A stretch of DNA of 64,000 nucleotides. Source: Candidatus Heimdallarchaeum endolithica. GTDB taxonomy: Archaea > Asgardarchaeota > Heimdallarchaeia > Heimdallarchaeales > Heimdallarchaeaceae. Numbering within the stretch: position 1 is the first letter of the stretch; the number at the start of each line of letters is the position of its first letter. Made by a program: the position numbers and the translations under genes. Shown here one piece after another: positions 10,431-21,061 of this stretch. Below the pieces are notes generated by a model. The model did no database searches. It had not been told where the DNA came from and saw only the letters and a program-made list of their open reading frames with translations. The stretch covers positions 832,001 through 896,000 of the forward strand of contig CP084167.1 of assembly GCA_021513715.1 (NCBI GenBank). The letters run 5' to 3'.

Positions 10431-10997
10431 TTGAAAAATAGGAATATTATTAAAAAAGAAAACAATTCTTCAATTATGAATTACGAAGAAATGATTCTTA
10501 AATCTAGAGAAGAAAAAGATAAATTCTTTAGAAATCACCCTTATTCGCCCCTAACAACTGAACAAAAAAGGAAATTCAAAGGATTAAATTATTTTGAACC
10601 AGATATTTCTTATAGATACGAAGTTAAAATCAACAAGTATGAAGATCAAAGGAAAGTTTCTATTAGAACATCTAAAGGGACAGCTCAAGAATATATTAGA
10701 TGGGGATATATTGAGTTTGAAAGAGATGGAAAAACAAATATTTTAAGCGTATTTAAGCAAGAAGGAGAAGATTACTTTTTTATTCCTTTTAAAGATAAAA
10801 CTACTGGAAAGGAGACCTATTCTGCAGGAAGATATATTGAAGTTGAGAATCTAGGTGATGACCTATATCTGTTAGATTTTAACTTTGCTTATAACCCCTA
10901 TTGCGCTTACAACGATAACTGGGTTTGCCCTCTAACACCTTTCGAAAATAACTTAGAAATAGCAGTAGAAGCAGGAGAAAAAAAATTTCACGATTAA
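10431..10997 (+). CDS. DUF1684-family protein (start possibly ATG 10476)
   Basis: Motifs PFKDKTTGKETYSAGRY and LDFNFAYNPYCAYNDNWVCP. Confidence 0.9.
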   Translation: MKNRNIIKKENNSSIMNYEEMILKSREEKDKFFRNHPYSPLTTEQKRKFKGLNYFEPDISYRYEVKINKYEDQRKVSIRTSKGTAQEYIRWGYIEFERDGKTNILSVFKQEGEDYFFIPFKDKTTGKETYSAGRYIEVENLGDDLYLLDFNFAYNPYCAYNDNWVCPLTPFENNLEIAVEAGEKKFHD

Positions 10998-11027
10998 AAA
11001 AAAGTTAGAAAATAAAAAAGAATTAGT

Positions 11028-11954
11028 TTATTTTAATTCTTTTAGTGCCTCTATTACTTTTTCAGCTACGTGAACACTTGCCCTATAATTGCCTTCAAGC
11101 GTTTGAGCGCCTATATGAGGTGTCATAATTACATTGGGGTGTTTTAGGAGTTTATTTTCTTCTTTAGGAGGTTCTTTTTCAAAAACATCAGTTGCATATA
11201 CAGCTAACTTTCCTTTTTCTAAAGCTCTATAAGCTGCATCTTCATCAACAACTCCTCCTCTAGCGCAGTTAATGAGAATTACATTTGTTTTCATTTTCTC
11301 AAATTCTTCATCAGATATCATATGCCTTGTTTCATCTGTTAATGGAAGATGAAGACTAATATAGTCTGCTTTCTCAAATACCTTATCAATTGAACTTTGG
11401 AGCTCAATAACTCCACTTTGTTTAATGTAGGCATCATAGCCTATAGTTTTCATTCCAAGAGCCTTAGCTTTTACTGCCAAACTTGAGCCTATTCTTCCGG
11501 TACCTATAATACCCAATGTTTTACCTTCTATTTCTACTGAAAATAATGCTTTTTTCAATTTTTTAAATTCAGAAGGGTTTTTTCTTAGCCTTTCTGTTCC
11601 TGTAACTACTCTTCTAGTAGCGGCTAAAATCATTGTTAATGCTAATTCTGCAACAGAGTTAGTTGTAGCATTTGGAGTATTAATCACTTTTATTCCTCTT
11701 TCTCTTGCAGATTGCAAATCAATGTTATCTAATCCTACACCAGCTCTTCCTATAACTTTCAGATTTTTGGCTACTTCTAATAGATGCCCCTTGACCTTAG
11801 TAGCAGACCTTACAATTATCGCATCATAGTCAGGTATAATGTGCTCTAATTCCTCTTTTGGTATATCCCAAGCTTTTTTTACTTCAAATCCTTCTTTTTC
11901 TAGCAATTCTACAGCTACATCATTTAATTTATCAGAAATTAGTACCTTAAACAT
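11028..11954 (-). CDS. serA: D-3-phosphoglycerate dehydrogenase / D-2-hydroxyacid dehydrogenase
   Basis: Motifs GRAGVGLDNID, GTGRIG, INCARGGVVDE, DVFEKEP and TPHIGAQT; adjacent to a class V aminotransferase. Confidence 0.8.
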   Translation of the reverse strand: MFKVLISDKLNDVAVELLEKEGFEVKKAWDIPKEELEHIIPDYDAIIVRSATKVKGHLLEVAKNLKVIGRAGVGLDNIDLQSARERGIKVINTPNATTNSVAELALTMILAATRRVVTGTERLRKNPSEFKKLKKALFSVEIEGKTLGIIGTGRIGSSLAVKAKALGMKTIGYDAYIKQSGVIELQSSIDKVFEKADYISLHLPLTDETRHMISDEEFEKMKTNVILINCARGGVVDEDAAYRALEKGKLAVYATDVFEKEPPKEENKLLKHPNVIMTPHIGAQTLEGNYRASVHVAEKVIEALKELK

Positions 11955-11964
11955 TTAATTCACC

Positions 11965-13044
11965 TCAATTAAGTTCCCAGATCTCATTAATGTTGTTAAG
12001 CAATTCTTGAATTGTTTCTAATGTATGATCTCCCATATGTCCAATTCTAAAGGTTTTATTTTTTAGATTACCATAACCATTAGCTAGTTCCATTCCTTTT
12101 TCAGCTAATGCAGCATTTAGTGCGCTTACATCTTTATTTAATGTGTTTTCTATTGTTGTAACAGTTACTGATTCATACCCTTTTTCTGCAAAGAGTTTAA
12201 ACCCTTTTTCTAAAGCCCATTTTCTTGTTAATTCAGCCATTGCTTTGTGTCTCTCATAGCGACCTTTTGCTGTTTCTTTAAGCATTTTTCCAAGTTGATA
12301 GTCAAGAGCATAAAGTAATGAGATTGCTGGAGTAGAAGGAGTTTGCTTCTTCTTTAAATAATAGTTGTGTACCTTTAGTAAATCAGTATAGGTACCTCTA
12401 TTCTTTACTTCTTCAGCTCGTTTAACAGCTTTTTCAGAGTAAATCATAATAGCTAATCCTGGAGGTAGAGCAAAAGCTTTTTGTGTTGAAGCAAAAATGA
12501 AATCAGTATGCATTTCGTCTGGTAGGATTAAATCTCCTCCCAAACTTGAAACAGTGTCAACAACAAGTAATGTTTCAGGATACTTGCTAATTACTTCACC
12601 TATTGCTTTAAGATCACTTTTAACTCCTGTACTTGTTTCATTTTGACAAACTGTGACAACATCATATTCTTTTTCTTTAAGTTTTTCTTCAATCATTTCA
12701 GGCTTGATAGCTTTACCCCATTCTACTTCTAAAACATCAACATTGTGCCCACAATTTTTTAATGTATCAGCCATTCTTTTAGAAAAAGCACCATTAACAC
12801 AACTTAAAGCAGCTTTTCCTTCTCTAATTAGATTTCTACCTGTGATATCCATACCAATTGTTCCTGAAGCTGCAAAGACAGCAATGTGTTGTTCAGTATT
12901 AAAATATTCGTGAAGTTGAGTTAAAACACTAGCATATAAAGCAGTAAAATCTTTATGACGATGACCTATCATTGGTCTTACTTGTGCTTGAAGCACATCT
13001 TCACTTACTTCTGTCGGTCCTGGAATATACAATCTTCTGTGCAT
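11965..13044 (-). CDS. Class V PLP aminotransferase (serine-pyruvate / archaeal phosphoserine aminotransferase type)
   Basis: Motifs IPGPTEV, NETSTG, VDTVSSLGG, STQKAFALPPGL (PLP lysine) and FRIGHMG. Confidence 0.9.
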   Translation of the reverse strand: MHRRLYIPGPTEVSEDVLQAQVRPMIGHRHKDFTALYASVLTQLHEYFNTEQHIAVFAASGTIGMDITGRNLIREGKAALSCVNGAFSKRMADTLKNCGHNVDVLEVEWGKAIKPEMIEEKLKEKEYDVVTVCQNETSTGVKSDLKAIGEVISKYPETLLVVDTVSSLGGDLILPDEMHTDFIFASTQKAFALPPGLAIMIYSEKAVKRAEEVKNRGTYTDLLKVHNYYLKKKQTPSTPAISLLYALDYQLGKMLKETAKGRYERHKAMAELTRKWALEKGFKLFAEKGYESVTVTTIENTLNKDVSALNAALAEKGMELANGYGNLKNKTFRIGHMGDHTLETIQELLNNINEIWELN

Positions 13045-13168
13045 TTAAATTCTCTCCTAGTTTTTATTAAATAGTAATAATTTACTAAATTTGAGAGATA
13101 CTTTTAACTAAAAAAATTTGTGCTATGAAGATAAAAAAAACTATTAAACTAATAGTAAGAGAACAATA

Positions 13169-15121
13169 TTAAAATTCAAGAAATGGTAGAAAAATAGAAA
13201 CTTTAGTTCCAACATGATGAGTACTATCAATAAATATTTGTCCTTCATGTAGTTCTACAAGATTTTTAGTAATATATAACCCCAATCCAGTTCCTTCATT
13301 TTTTTCAGCTTCAACAGTTCTAAAAAAGGGTTTGAAAACATATGGAAGCTCATGACTTGGAATACCTATTCCTTGATCTTGAATCTGAATAAGTAGTCCT
13401 TTCTTATTATCTGGATTATATTTGCCTTCATAGTTCTTAACTACTGAAAAGTCTATTTTTGAACTGCTTGGAGAATATTTGATTGCATTATCCAGTATAT
13501 TAGAAACTATTTGCTTAATCCTTTTTGGATCACCGAAATATTGAATGTCATTTGTTTCAAATTTCTTTATTAGCTTAATTTTCTTACTTTTTAGTTGCTC
13601 TTCAAAACTTTTTATTGTAGAATTTATGTTTTTAATAATATTAAATTTCTTTTTCTCTATCTTAAATCTGTTATTTTCTATTTTAGAAACTACTAACAAA
13701 TCTTCAATTAAAGTTGTTAATAGTTCTGCACTTTCTTCCATTACTTCCAAGGTTGAATGAATTTTTCTTTTAGGCAATCTTTCCCAGTGTTTTTTTAGAA
13801 ATTGAATACTCAAACATAAAGATGTAATGGGAGTTCTCAATTCATGGCTAACAGAAGAGATAAAGTTCTTTCTGAGCTTGTCTATAGTAAGAAAAGGAGT
13901 AATATCTTGAAATTCTACTAATGCCCCTATAATACTCCCAGAAGAAGTGATATTTACTCCAGAAACTTGAATAAAGAAATTTTCAGATAACTCAAACGTA
14001 TTAGAGACTTTTTCTCTTGCTACTATTAATTCTTTAACAAAAGAGAATAAAGGATCATCTTTAAACTTTTCAGAAAAGATGTTTAAAGCTAGTAAAGGTT
14101 CTTTGTCATCAGAATAAAGAATATTATAAAATTCTTCAAATTTCTTATTAAATAAACTGAAATTTCCCTCATCATCAATTAACAACAAACCTGTTGATGC
14201 TGTCTCAAAAATCGCTTCAAGTTTAAGTTTTTCTTCCAATAGTTCTTCATTTTTTCGTTCAACAATCATAGATAATTCTGAACTTGTCTCTCTTAGTTCT
14301 TTTTCTCGTTTTACATGCTTAGTAATATCAGTGGCAACACCTAAAGCAACTGTTTCTCCATTTGGTAATTTAATAGGGATTTTTCTTACTTCTATTGTTC
14401 TTTTTTCACCAAAAGCATCTGTAAAAGAACTTATTGTTTTTATTCTACTTTTCGTATCTATAACTTTCCTATCAGATTCTAGAAAATAGTCAGTATCACT
14501 CTTTACAGGCTGAATATCGTGCTGAATAGAACCTTCAATCTCATCAATTAAGAGATCAAAACTTTCTGCTAAAGCTTTATTAGCTAATAAAAATCTTCCT
14601 TCTTTATTCTTTACAAAAATCATCTGTGGAACTTGATCTATCACTTCTCTTAGAATATTTTTGTTAAATTCTAATTCCTTTATCTCCTCTTTGTTCAAAG
14701 AAACAGATGTAGCAATAGCAAAGTGACAATTACTAGAAGTATTAAAGATGAGTTTTAGTTTTACTGGTATTTTTTCTTCTTTTACACAAATAGATGATTC
14801 AATAGAAAAAGCACTCTTTTTTGAATCAGCTATTTTTAGGAAATAATCAATATTTTCTGTTTTGTTTATGTCCACAAAGTACTCATTCATCTTTTTTCCA
14901 AGAATTGTGGATTGTTTATTTCCAATAATTTCCTCTGCTTTTTGGTTTACATAAAGAATTGTCAAATCATTATTAAAAACAAAAACTGCTTCCTCTAAAT
15001 TATCAAAGCATGATAATATAACATCGACATTAAACTTTATTTCATTGTTTCTATTCAACTTATGTTCTGTTTTCCTTTTGTCCTTGTTTGATATTTCATC
15101 TTTGTGAAAAAGATTACTCAA
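13169..15121 (-). CDS. Soluble multi-PAS sensor histidine kinase
   Basis: Three PAS-like segments; H-box SHELRTP, N-box NILDNAIKY, DQGIGI and GTGLGL; no TM helix. Confidence 0.95.
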   Translation of the reverse strand: MSNLFHKDEISNKDKRKTEHKLNRNNEIKFNVDVILSCFDNLEEAVFVFNNDLTILYVNQKAEEIIGNKQSTILGKKMNEYFVDINKTENIDYFLKIADSKKSAFSIESSICVKEEKIPVKLKLIFNTSSNCHFAIATSVSLNKEEIKELEFNKNILREVIDQVPQMIFVKNKEGRFLLANKALAESFDLLIDEIEGSIQHDIQPVKSDTDYFLESDRKVIDTKSRIKTISSFTDAFGEKRTIEVRKIPIKLPNGETVALGVATDITKHVKREKELRETSSELSMIVERKNEELLEEKLKLEAIFETASTGLLLIDDEGNFSLFNKKFEEFYNILYSDDKEPLLALNIFSEKFKDDPLFSFVKELIVAREKVSNTFELSENFFIQVSGVNITSSGSIIGALVEFQDITPFLTIDKLRKNFISSVSHELRTPITSLCLSIQFLKKHWERLPKRKIHSTLEVMEESAELLTTLIEDLLVVSKIENNRFKIEKKKFNIIKNINSTIKSFEEQLKSKKIKLIKKFETNDIQYFGDPKRIKQIVSNILDNAIKYSPSSSKIDFSVVKNYEGKYNPDNKKGLLIQIQDQGIGIPSHELPYVFKPFFRTVEAEKNEGTGLGLYITKNLVELHEGQIFIDSTHHVGTKVSIFLPFLEF

Positions 15122-15123
15122 AA

Positions 15124-16029
15124 TTATTCACCTTGAATAGGTAAGATAGTCAATATTTCTTCCCATGCTTTTTTAATATCCCATTTTTCATCATTTTTAA
15201 TTTTATCTGAATATGGAGCTAGAATTTCTTCCATTCTTTTAGTTATTATGTAATCAATTCTTGGGGCAATTACTACAAGCATAAATGGAATTTGCTGAGA
15301 TAAACTTTCAAAGTCTTCATAAGCATCAATATAAATATAACAAGCCATACCAATATTTTCTAGAAATAAAGGTACTCCTTGAGGATTTGTTACTTTCAAT
15401 TCTCCATATACAGAAATAATTGTTTGAAAGATTTGAACTCCTAAACTGTCTAATTCAATTTGCTGTTCTATTTTTTTTGGAAAATAATCTACAGGTTGAG
15501 GACCTAACACATCGTGCCACTTAATTAGCAATAAAAAAACTGTATCCCTGGAATAACTAGATATAGCATCATGTGCCATCAAATTTTGGCTTAACTCTAG
15601 AGTTATTTTTTTCTTTAATTCTTCTCTGATCTGATGATTTAACTTTCTTTTAGCTAACTTTCCTTCAACTATTGCAATCAAATCTTCTTCTTTGAAAGGT
15701 TTAATAATATAGTCATCTATTCCTAAAGACTTACCATATCTTACTGACTCAGGATCACTTTTAGCAGTGAGAAATACAAATGGAATATCAAAAAATCTCT
15801 TATCTCTTGATATTTTTTCATATAAAGAATAGCCATCCATTCCTGGCATCATTATGTCACAAAGAATAAGATCAGGAGGATGTGTTAGATTTTCTAACAA
15901 GCTTAATGCTTCAGCTGCATTCTGAGCTAAGACTGGAAAATAGTCATACATCGATAAAATATTATCTAATAAATACAATATTTGCTTATTATCATCAATA
16001 ATTAAAATCGTTCCTTTCAAATTATCCAA
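15124..16029 (-). CDS. Response regulator: REC domain plus putative uDENN/longin-like output domain
   Basis: REC motifs IIDD, DIMMPGMDG, FLTAK and KPF. The C-terminal part starts FLLLIKWHDVLGPQPVDYFP. Confidence 0.9.
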   Translation of the reverse strand: MDNLKGTILIIDDNKQILYLLDNILSMYDYFPVLAQNAAEALSLLENLTHPPDLILCDIMMPGMDGYSLYEKISRDKRFFDIPFVFLTAKSDPESVRYGKSLGIDDYIIKPFKEEDLIAIVEGKLAKRKLNHQIREELKKKITLELSQNLMAHDAISSYSRDTVFLLLIKWHDVLGPQPVDYFPKKIEQQIELDSLGVQIFQTIISVYGELKVTNPQGVPLFLENIGMACYIYIDAYEDFESLSQQIPFMLVVIAPRIDYIITKRMEEILAPYSDKIKNDEKWDIKKAWEEILTILPIQGE

Positions 16030-16124
16030 TTTAGGTAATAGAACTATGTAAAATAAAATTTTTGCTTGTGCTAGTCATTTAAAATTTAATTTAAAAAATT
16101 TTAAAAGTACAATTGGAAAACAAC

Positions 16125-17528
16125 TCAAATATTCAAAACTACTAAAATTATTGAATATACTAAACTTATTACTCCCATTATAATAATCAAGGGAAAAATT
16201 TTCTTGAAATAATCTTTGAATGTGAACTCTATTCCTTCCCTCTTTAAAATATCTAGAGACATTAGAATAGTTACACTTCCTAATGGGGTAAGTGCTCCTC
16301 CAATGTTATCAGCCAAGATTAAACTTACCCATGTACCCCTGAGAATAGGAACAGGAACAGTATTAGATATTGAAATAAAAATGTAAGAGAAAATGAGAGC
16401 TGCACTTGTATTATTTAGAAATCCTGCTAAAGGGATTCCCATAATTATAAAAAATATTACAACTAAAATCTGTGATACTGTTGGTGAGAAATTCAGATTA
16501 AAGAAAATTAGAATTAATTTAGACAAAGGAACAAGAGCTCCTGAAGCAGCAAATATCCCCATAAGTGTGAAAAGCATTACAAAAAAGGTTATCATTTCCC
16601 ATTCTACTCCATGTTCTACATATTTTTTCAATGTTGAATTAAAAATAAAAACTCCAACTACAGCTACAATAAAAGCTATTGTTCCTACATCCAATCCCAA
16701 TACAGAGGATAATAAAAATCCACCAAAGAGAAGAATTAACAACCCAAAAGATTTCCAAACTTTAACCTTACTTTCTACACTAGACCAAGGGTTAATTCTT
16801 GCAATTTGACTTTTTTTATCTCTATCTATTTTTTTGTTTATTTCTTTTTTGAAAATATAGTAAAAGTATCCATAAGCTACAAAGAATAAAATTAATGAAA
16901 GTGGTAACATTAAAGCAGTGAAGCCTATAAAACTTATTCTATAGGGATAAAGACTAAAGAATATAATGTTAGGAATAGATGAAACAGGAGTAGGCATACC
17001 TCCAATAATTGTATTAATACCAACAAATAAAACGAATGGAAGGGGATTAACATCGAGCTGCTTGCAAATAACAATGGTTAAAGATCCCAACAAAATTATT
17101 GCAGAAAGATTATCAAAAAACATGCTAATGAAAAATGTTAACCCTCCAATAGAAAAGAAAAGCATTTTGGGATTTCCTTTTGTTAATTTTATTATGTAGA
17201 GTGAGATAAAGTCAAAAAAACCTGAATCTTTTATTAATTGAACGATAATACTTACTGAAAAGATAATCATTATTGCTTCTACATTCACCAAATCTGAAAT
17301 GGCTTCAATAAAATGAGGATGTTCATCTTCAATACTATATCCGAGATTTACTTCAAGGAGATTTTCCCAATCCATTAAGAAAAAAAACACCATAATCGAC
17401 AAAATTGTTCCTAAGGCTGTTACTTTCAAGGAATCAAAATTTTCGTTCATTAGTCCTGCAATTGTTCCTAGAACAATAATTGTAATAATTATTGAGCCTA
17501 ATAACGATAGTACTGCCACGATTATCAC
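16125..17528 (-). CDS. ArsB/NhaD (SLC13/CitMHS-like) permease
   Basis: About 12 TM helices; motifs SMFFDN, GGMPTPVSSIPN and NIGGALTPLGS. Confidence 0.85.
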   Translation of the reverse strand: MIIVAVLSLLGSIIITIIVLGTIAGLMNENFDSLKVTALGTILSIMVFFFLMDWENLLEVNLGYSIEDEHPHFIEAISDLVNVEAIMIIFSVSIIVQLIKDSGFFDFISLYIIKLTKGNPKMLFFSIGGLTFFISMFFDNLSAIILLGSLTIVICKQLDVNPLPFVLFVGINTIIGGMPTPVSSIPNIIFFSLYPYRISFIGFTALMLPLSLILFFVAYGYFYYIFKKEINKKIDRDKKSQIARINPWSSVESKVKVWKSFGLLILLFGGFLLSSVLGLDVGTIAFIVAVVGVFIFNSTLKKYVEHGVEWEMITFFVMLFTLMGIFAASGALVPLSKLILIFFNLNFSPTVSQILVVIFFIIMGIPLAGFLNNTSAALIFSYIFISISNTVPVPILRGTWVSLILADNIGGALTPLGSVTILMSLDILKREGIEFTFKDYFKKIFPLIIIMGVISLVYSIILVVLNI

Positions 17529-17757
17529 CTAAAGTGTTAATATTGTGTTGAATATTTTCATACATTTTTATCGCTTGAAAGTAAACTGATTTTATGCATT
17601 AAATTAAGTTTCCAATCCCTAAAATGTATTATTTTATATATTTTTTTTATTTTTTGATTAGCACAAAAAAGATACAATATGTTAATTTTTTATAGAATGC
17701 TTCTTTAAAAATATAGAAAAAGGAGTGTTATTATAGGATCTAAAGAATTTTTTAAGA

Positions 17758-19146
17758 TTAAGAACCTGATAATATGAGAATTATTGAATAACCAATACTG
17801 AGCAATGCAAATGTTAAAGTCAAAGGTAAGGTTTTCTTAACATAATCCATAAAAGTGATTTTATATCCTTCTCTATTTAATATCTCGAGAGCCATCAATA
17901 TAGTAATACTTCCTAATGGAGTTAAAGCTCCTCCGATATTTCCACCTAATACAAAAGCTATCCATGTCCCTTTACCTATAGTTGTTGAAACAGAAGCTAC
18001 CATAGTTGTGAAAATATATGAGAAAATTAAAGCTGCTGAAGAACCGTTAAGAAACCCAGTAATTGGAAGACCAATTAAACCTATAATTAGTGCAACTAGT
18101 ATCTGAGCTGATTTAGGTGATATATTTAGATTAAAAATAGAAATGAATAGATTAGCTATAGGTTGTAAAGCTCCTGAACCAGCAAGAACACCCATTAAAA
18201 CAAATAAAGCAACAAAGAATACTATCATTTCCCATTCTATTCCTGAATGAATAAATTTCTTTAACTGCTTATTAAATAGGAATAATCCAAAAACTGCTAC
18301 AATTAAAGCAATTGTTGCTACATCCAAACCTATAACTGAAGAAAGGAGGAATCCTGCGAAAAGAATAACTAAAAGTCCAATTGATTTATATACTTGACTT
18401 CTTTCGTCAATTCCTGACCAAGGATTAATTCTTGCGATTTGTTTTTGTTTTTCTTCTGGGATCTTAATGAATATATCTTTCTTAAATATGAGAAAGAAGT
18501 AGAGAGAAGATAAGAGGAAAAATAGCAAAGCAATTGGAAACATTAAGCCTGTAAATTTTATAAATGTCATATCTCCTTCATACAAGCTGTAAAATATTAT
18601 ATTTGGTAGAGATGAAACAGGAGTAGGTAATCCTCCAATTATAGTATTAATACCAACAAATAAAACAAATGGAATGGGATTTAAATCTAATTGCTCACAA
18701 ATAACCACTGTTAAAGAACCTAGTAGAATTATTGCAGAAAGATTATCAAAAAACATGCTTATGAAGAAAGTTAATCCTCCTAGAGCAATAATAAGTTTCT
18801 TTGGATCTCCTTTTGTTAATTTCACAATAGAGAGCGAGACAAAATCGAAGAATCCTGCTTCTTTTGTCAAAGAAACAATCACACTTACTGAAAAAATAAT
18901 TAATATTGCTTCTACATTTATCATTTCAGCAATAGCTTCTAAATAATTCTCAGGAACATATTCATGGCTAGTGTTTTCTAGTAACAATTTATGCCAATCA
19001 GTAAAAAAGAAAAACAGAACCATTACTATCGATGCGCCAGTTACTGTTATTTTTGTAGTGTCAACACCTTCTATCATTAAAGCAATTATAGTTGCAAGTA
19101 CAGTGACAGATATTAATATTATTCCTATTATTTCCACTACAGCCAT
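17758..19146 (-). CDS. ArsB/NhaD (SLC13/CitMHS-like) permease, tandem paralog
   Basis: Same motifs; clearly homologous to 16125..17528. Confidence 0.85.
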   Translation of the reverse strand: MAVVEIIGIILISVTVLATIIALMIEGVDTTKITVTGASIVMVLFFFFTDWHKLLLENTSHEYVPENYLEAIAEMINVEAILIIFSVSVIVSLTKEAGFFDFVSLSIVKLTKGDPKKLIIALGGLTFFISMFFDNLSAIILLGSLTVVICEQLDLNPIPFVLFVGINTIIGGLPTPVSSLPNIIFYSLYEGDMTFIKFTGLMFPIALLFFLLSSLYFFLIFKKDIFIKIPEEKQKQIARINPWSGIDERSQVYKSIGLLVILFAGFLLSSVIGLDVATIALIVAVFGLFLFNKQLKKFIHSGIEWEMIVFFVALFVLMGVLAGSGALQPIANLFISIFNLNISPKSAQILVALIIGLIGLPITGFLNGSSAALIFSYIFTTMVASVSTTIGKGTWIAFVLGGNIGGALTPLGSITILMALEILNREGYKITFMDYVKKTLPLTLTFALLSIGYSIILILSGS

Positions 19147-19167
19147 AAACTATTCCTTCTCAGCGAT

Positions 19168-20886
19168 TTATTCGAAATTATCAGTTTTTACTTCCTCTTC
19201 TTGTTCTTCTTCTATTTCTTTAGAATCTTTTGTCTTTTCTTTTTCTGATGACTTTGAAGTTTCAACTTTTTCTTTTTCTTCTTTTAATTCTGCTTCTTCT
19301 GAAAGTTCTGATATAATCTTTTCTTTGATTATTGTTTTTGGCTCTTTAAGTTCTCTTTTCAACTCGTATTTTATTTCTTCTTTAATCTCTTCCTTAATCT
19401 CTTCCTTAATCTCTTCCTTAAGTAAAGATAATTCGTCTTTAGAAAAGTCTTTCATTATTTCTTTCTTTAGCTCTTTCTTGGGGGCTTCTTTAATTTCTTT
19501 CTTTAGCTCTTCCTTAATCTCTTCCTTAATCTCTGCTTTTATTTCTTCTTTAATCTCTTCTTTCTCATCTACTTTATCCATAATTAACTCCTCTTGAATC
19601 TCTTCTTTTTCCTCTTTTTCCTCTTCTTCCTCTTTTTCCTCTTCTTCCTCTTCTTCCTCTTCTTTTTCTTTCTTTAGTTCACTTTTCTTCTTTCCTTCTT
19701 TTACTTGTTTTTTTTCTTCTTTAGTCTCTTTTTCTTCTTCTTTTTTTTCCAAATCTTTTTTCTCTTTTGTTTCCTCTATACCAAATAGTTCTCGCTTTAC
19801 TTCCTTTTTAATCTCTTCTTTTACTGTTTCTCCTATATCTATTTTCTTGGATGTAGTTTCTTCTTTAGGAACGACTTCACTAGAAACAACTTTTTCTTCT
19901 TTTTTCTTTATATCTTCTGTAATAATTAAAAGAGGAACAATAACATCAGGATCACTCAACAAATCGATAAAAAGACCATATAAATTAGCTAATTTAGATG
20001 GAAGATAAATGATTAGCAATCCTAAATCTTTACCAAAACTAATCATTTGATTTTTCAATTCTTCATGATCTGAAAGGGAAAGAATTTCGAAATCTACAAA
20101 TCGTTGTGAATCTTCAAAAACTACTTGATTTGCACGTTCAAATTTATTTAATTCTTCTTTTTGTTTTGCTATAAGTTCTACAAATTCTTCATCATTTAAA
20201 TCCTGGTACAAATATCTATTTAACAAAAACATACAATGAATGTTTGCATTTTTTATGCTAAATTGAATAGATTTCTCTATTAAATACGATAATCTGCTTA
20301 AACTCCCAGTCACAATACCGATATGTTTCCACAAATATTCAGTATTTAGCTCCTGACTTTCAACTATCAATACAGGAACATCGTTTTCTTCTAAAAGATA
20401 ATTAAAAACATCACCCATTACTTCTATTTTTGCTTCTTCTTTCTCTTCTTCTTGTTTCACCTTGATACTTTTTTTCATGCCAATAAAGGAAGAAGGAACA
20501 ACAATTAAATCATAAGTTGAAGCGTATATAATTGCTGAGATGATGTTTTTTAGACCATCAAGATCTTCAACTACATGACCTTTTATATTAAAGAGTTTGC
20601 TTGATAGATGCTCATATGCGAAAGATAGAGCTTCATCGTATTGTTCTTTATTTGTATCTTCTTTGGAATAAAAACAGATAACGTCTACTGTTGCTTGGAA
20701 AAACAATCTGAGTTCTTCTGCAAGTAAAACAACAGTACGAGATTTTTTGGAACCATCAATAAGAACTAATACACTTTTTATTGGTTTAGCAGAAGGATCA
20801 ACTGAAGGAAGAAGGTTTGCAAACTTCTTTTTCTGCTCTTCAATAGTCTCCTTTTGCACTTCTATTTTATCTTGATGATTGGACAT
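19168..20886 (-). CDS. Universal-stress-protein (USP)-like domain protein with a long Glu/Lys-rich tail
   Basis: IKSVLVLIDGSKKS...YDLIVV...MGDVFNYLL...VPVLIV, followed by a probable second degenerate USP domain. ATG 20886 is preceded by GAGAGGA; the ORF track extends to 20994. Confidence 0.7.
   Translation of the reverse strand: MSNHQDKIEVQKETIEEQKKKFANLLPSVDPSAKPIKSVLVLIDGSKKSRTVVLLAEELRLFFQATVDVICFYSKEDTNKEQYDEALSFAYEHLSSKLFNIKGHVVEDLDGLKNIISAIIYASTYDLIVVPSSFIGMKKSIKVKQEEEKEEAKIEVMGDVFNYLLEENDVPVLIVESQELNTEYLWKHIGIVTGSLSRLSYLIEKSIQFSIKNANIHCMFLLNRYLYQDLNDEEFVELIAKQKEELNKFERANQVVFEDSQRFVDFEILSLSDHEELKNQMISFGKDLGLLIIYLPSKLANLYGLFIDLLSDPDVIVPLLIITEDIKKKEEKVVSSEVVPKEETTSKKIDIGETVKEEIKKEVKRELFGIEETKEKKDLEKKEEEKETKEEKKQVKEGKKKSELKKEKEEEEEEEEEKEEEEEKEEKEEIQEELIMDKVDEKEEIKEEIKAEIKEEIKEELKKEIKEAPKKELKKEIMKDFSKDELSLLKEEIKEEIKEEIKEEIKYELKRELKEPKTIIKEKIISELSEEAELKEEKEKVETSKSSEKEKTKDSKEIEEEQEEEVKTDNFE
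19372..19760 (-). repeat. Low-complexity / 12-bp (KEEI) microrepeats and poly-Glu tract
   Basis: Tandem ttaatctcttcc units at about 19382-19420 and 19510-19560; ttcctc repeats at about 19600-19670. Confidence 0.8.
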
Positions 20887-21061
20887 ACGAATTCCTCTCT
20901 CTATGCTTTTTATTTTTTCTTTTTGATTTTTAAACATCTCGAAATCGGTTAGTATATTGGCGTCAATACATTTTTTCATAAAATAAGAAAACAAGAGGTT
21001 TAACTGAAAAAAATGGGAACATATAAATAATAAATTTTTTCTTCTTACTAAAAGAAATAAA

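Noticed and set aside
18971-19597. 208-aa Ser/Ile/Phe-rich + strand ORF and similar shadow ORFs (for example 30631..31071, 51717..52283, 16393..16809)
   Set aside because: They are antisense shadows of well-supported genes, with low-complexity translations and no motifs.
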